A DNA stretch of 64,000 nucleotides from Ardenticatenaceae bacterium (GTDB lineage Bacteria; Chloroflexota; Anaerolineae; Promineifilales; Promineifilaceae). Position 1 is the stretch's first letter, and each line of letters begins with the position of its first letter. The notes beneath the pieces were generated by a model. It searched no databases. It was not told the DNA's origin and saw only the letters and a program-made list of their open reading frames with translations. The translations under genes and the position numbers were made by a program. The stretch covers positions 2,347 to 66,346 of the forward strand of contig JASJCR010000052.1 in assembly GCA_030065875.1 (NCBI GenBank), in the 5' to 3' direction. Below are positions 61,526 to 64,000 of this stretch, piece after piece.

Positions 61526-63962
61526 CAAAAACAAAGGTTCCACCGTTTTGATACACCAATTTCCAGTTCGGGTTTTTGTCCAGTTCGGCCGGATCAAGCC
61601 CGCCACTGCGTACACCTACAAAAATATGAGTGATGCCAAAATTTTCAAGGAGAATGTTTGCTTCAGGAGATCCCCAATCGTCGATTTCTTTAGCGGCCGT
61701 ATTGTAGGCGGTTGTGCGGGCAAAGCCATCGCGATTGTAAACGTGATCGATGGGTGGTGTGATCGAAAAGCGGCCGGTCAGCGGTAAAATCCACGCCCCA
61801 CCATCGCTGCCGGCCCAGATGTTATCCAGCCACAGCCAGCTGTTGTGGGCGATTCGAGCATCGGGTGGGGCATGGTCGTTTATCCAGGTCAATCCGTGTA
61901 GATCGGATGGCTGCACCAGCAGGGTGTTGTCATTTAAGATGCCGGCTTGATAATGCACGCCAAATAAAGCGGTCAGCAGAAATCCAGCGCCCAAAGGGAT
62001 ATATAGCCCTTTGTGAACCAGCGGGAAGCGGAGCGCTATTTGCTTGTGAAGCCACCATCCGCCGCTGGCCAATAAAATTGCCTCAGCGGTAAAAAGGGAG
62101 ATGTAGGCGCTGTTGAGGGAGACCTGTGGCAGCCAGATCGGCCAGCGTGGATGGATGTAGCTGCCGCCCATCAACAAGGCCAAAACGCTGATCCACAGGG
62201 CCAGCAGCAGAGTGACGTGAACGGCCCGGTCAACCGGCCGCCAGCGCAGCCAAACAATCAGCATGACGGTCGTAAAGGTTGCGGCGGCTATCCAAAAACC
62301 CGTCTCCCAACCGGTGGTTAAATAGCCGGTTGGGAAAGCCTGGGCCGTAGAATTGGTTGTCTGGATCCTAACCAGCTGCGGGAAAGAACGAGTTAAAGTC
62401 CACAGGCGTGGGCCACAAAGGATGGTTATCGCTGCCAGCGGCCACCCCCACTGAGCGATCATTCGTTTCCACGCGTGCGGCCGCTGCCATAAGCGGAGAC
62501 TATGAGCCATTACCAAGCCCCAAAACGGCACAAAAACCATAAACACGCGGGCGTGGACAAAAAAAAGACCGGCCGTTAAGGCGATAAACAGCACCTGGCG
62601 CGGAAAGAGGTGAACCCGGCTGCGCAGTCGCCAGGTGATTCCCAGCAAGACGGCTAAAATAATCAGCCCGGCCAGCTGCGTCAGACGCCCCCAGGTGGTG
62701 TAGTAAGCGGGGAAGAAAAACGGCACGCCAATTAAAAACGCGGCCAGCCAGCCAATCGGGCGACGGCCGGTTAACAGCCAGCTTCCGCTAAAAACAGCCA
62801 GGCAGATAATCGTGCTGAGAAGCTGCATCACGGCCGGAAGGATATCGGTCAGCGCGGCCGCCGGCAGCATAATCGCGACTCCGGCCGTTAGCGTATGGAG
62901 GCCATAATGATACGGAGCAAAATCAACCGCCAACAGCGGGCGATAGCTGGTTAACATTTGCCCACTGCTGCTCATAATCGTCGTAATTAAGGCGTGACGA
63001 CTGGCATCAACCCAGGGAAGGGTGCTGACATCACGGATGGCGATCAGCCGCAGGCAAAAAATAATGCTCAGGAACAGCGTCAGGGCCAGCGGTTCTTGGG
63101 GCACGCGCCGCGGCCAGGAAAACCCATTCCGATAGTTCATGAATAAACAGAAAACCCACCCTATCAAAATCACGACCCACAGTGTCGTTGTGGTCCAGCG
63201 GCCGCCTACCAAAGTTACGCCTCCCCATATCAGGGGCCACAAGGCAATACCGGCCGCCCAACTGACCCCCCAGCGAACGGTCACCGGCCATGTTGGCGGT
63301 CGCCACGTGAGCAGCAGGGCACCCGGCAGCGGAATTAGGAGAACGGCCGTGAGAAAAATCGATAACCAGGCCCGGGTTCTTTGAATGCTGCCGGTCAGCG
63401 CTTCCGACCACTGCAAAGTGTAGCGGCTCTTGAGGTAAAGCGTTTGGGCCCCGTTGAGATTTGGTCCGGTTAAAGTGCCGTTGGGCAGGGTATTTAGCGT
63501 ATATCCTTGAAAGGCGGTTTGATTGTTTTGATCCCCGCGGAGCACAATTTGATAAGGGCGTCCCTTTGATCGGGTTTCCGGGGCAAAAGCAAGCGTAACG
63601 GTTTGGGAGGTTGAAAATTGGCTGTTTCTTAACACCCGCTCAGCGATCACTTCTCTCTCATCATCAACGAGTGTGAGCGTGCCCCCCAAATTTGGGTTCA
63701 GCTGTGAATCAACGGCCGCGATGCGCACCGACACTTCTGACAGGCCGTTGTGCTCCGGGAAAAAGGTTTGGGCAATTTGTTCATCTTGTTGTGGGGGAGA
63801 AACCACGACGTTTACACGCACCTGCTGGACATCTTTGTCGACGACCGGGTTTGGCCAGCCCAAAAAAGCGGCGGTCGTAATTGCCAGCAGAAGACCAAGC
63901 AGAAACAGACCGGTTTGCCACAGACGAGTTGAATAATTTGCCGCGGGCGACGCCAGATTCAT
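61467..63962 (-). CDS. Large polytopic membrane protein, possibly a GT-C-type glycosyltransferase
   Basis: 831-aa ORF with an N-terminal anchor, a ~170-aa extracytoplasmic domain, more than 12 TM segments and a C-terminal soluble domain. Function inferred from architecture only. Confidence 0.6.
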   Translation of the reverse strand: MNLASPAANYSTRLWQTGLFLLGLLLAITTAAFLGWPNPVVDKDVQQVRVNVVVSPPQQDEQIAQTFFPEHNGLSEVSVRIAAVDSQLNPNLGGTLTLVDDEREVIAERVLRNSQFSTSQTVTLAFAPETRSKGRPYQIVLRGDQNNQTAFQGYTLNTLPNGTLTGPNLNGAQTLYLKSRYTLQWSEALTGSIQRTRAWLSIFLTAVLLIPLPGALLLTWRPPTWPVTVRWGVSWAAGIALWPLIWGGVTLVGGRWTTTTLWVVILIGWVFCLFMNYRNGFSWPRRVPQEPLALTLFLSIIFCLRLIAIRDVSTLPWVDASRHALITTIMSSSGQMLTSYRPLLAVDFAPYHYGLHTLTAGVAIMLPAAALTDILPAVMQLLSTIICLAVFSGSWLLTGRRPIGWLAAFLIGVPFFFPAYYTTWGRLTQLAGLIILAVLLGITWRLRSRVHLFPRQVLFIALTAGLFFVHARVFMVFVPFWGLVMAHSLRLWQRPHAWKRMIAQWGWPLAAITILCGPRLWTLTRSFPQLVRIQTTNSTAQAFPTGYLTTGWETGFWIAAATFTTVMLIVWLRWRPVDRAVHVTLLLALWISVLALLMGGSYIHPRWPIWLPQVSLNSAYISLFTAEAILLASGGWWLHKQIALRFPLVHKGLYIPLGAGFLLTALFGVHYQAGILNDNTLLVQPSDLHGLTWINDHAPPDARIAHNSWLWLDNIWAGSDGGAWILPLTGRFSITPPIDHVYNRDGFARTTAYNTAAKEIDDWGSPEANILLENFGITHIFVGVRSGGLDPAELDKNPNWKLVYQNGGTFVFEKIINNQQSRVNTQLSIDH

Positions 63963-64000
63963 GATATAAGCGTAGCAAAGGGAGGATATCCAGGCGAACA

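Noticed and set aside
1-64000. Search for an integrase, transposase, reverse transcriptase, cas, restriction-modification or phage structural gene that would define a mobile element or a known defence system.
   Set aside because: No ORF in the track shows the corresponding motifs (no R..H..R..Y recombinase C-terminus, DDE, YxDD, etc.). The island therefore cannot be called a complete integron, transposon or prophage from this window.

Overview
This is a 64 kb chromosomal segment. Gene content (Asp23-YloV pair, class E sortase, ETF, RsgA, many secreted proteins) and its intergenic repeats suggest a Chloroflexota/Anaerolineae-like organism, but that is inference only. All family calls come from motifs read by eye, with no searches run. 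Hand-counted coordinates of non-ORF features may be off by 1-2 nt. The GC-rich core holds ppdK (partial), a pseudouridine synthase, Asp23-yloV, a P450, a MacB-type ABC exporter, an envelope glycosylation locus plus sortase E, a GAF histidine kinase, rsgA and etfBA. The window has three notable parts. (1) An AT-rich accessory island spans about 3.9-20.6 kb. Its left half is punctuated by nine imperfect palindromes with attC-like RYYYAAC...GTTRRRY ends, so it looks like an integron-type cassette array. No integrase is present in the window. (2) A four-gene cluster of secreted proteins lies at 32.9-41.7 kb: a 7-repeat protein, a YVTN propeller fused to a di-haem peroxidase-like domain, a 1155-aa orphan and a penta-haem cytochrome. 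Three of them, plus a nearby beta-helix protein, end in the same very short tail (hydrophobic pair, L/I, P, x, V/I, x, R/K, stop). This may be an undescribed sorting or processing signal. (3) The intergenic space is dense with repeats: heptanucleotide tandem arrays, several MITE/REP-like families, and palindromic operators next to three MarR genes. I found no rRNA, tRNA, CRISPR array, transposase, integrase or phage gene.
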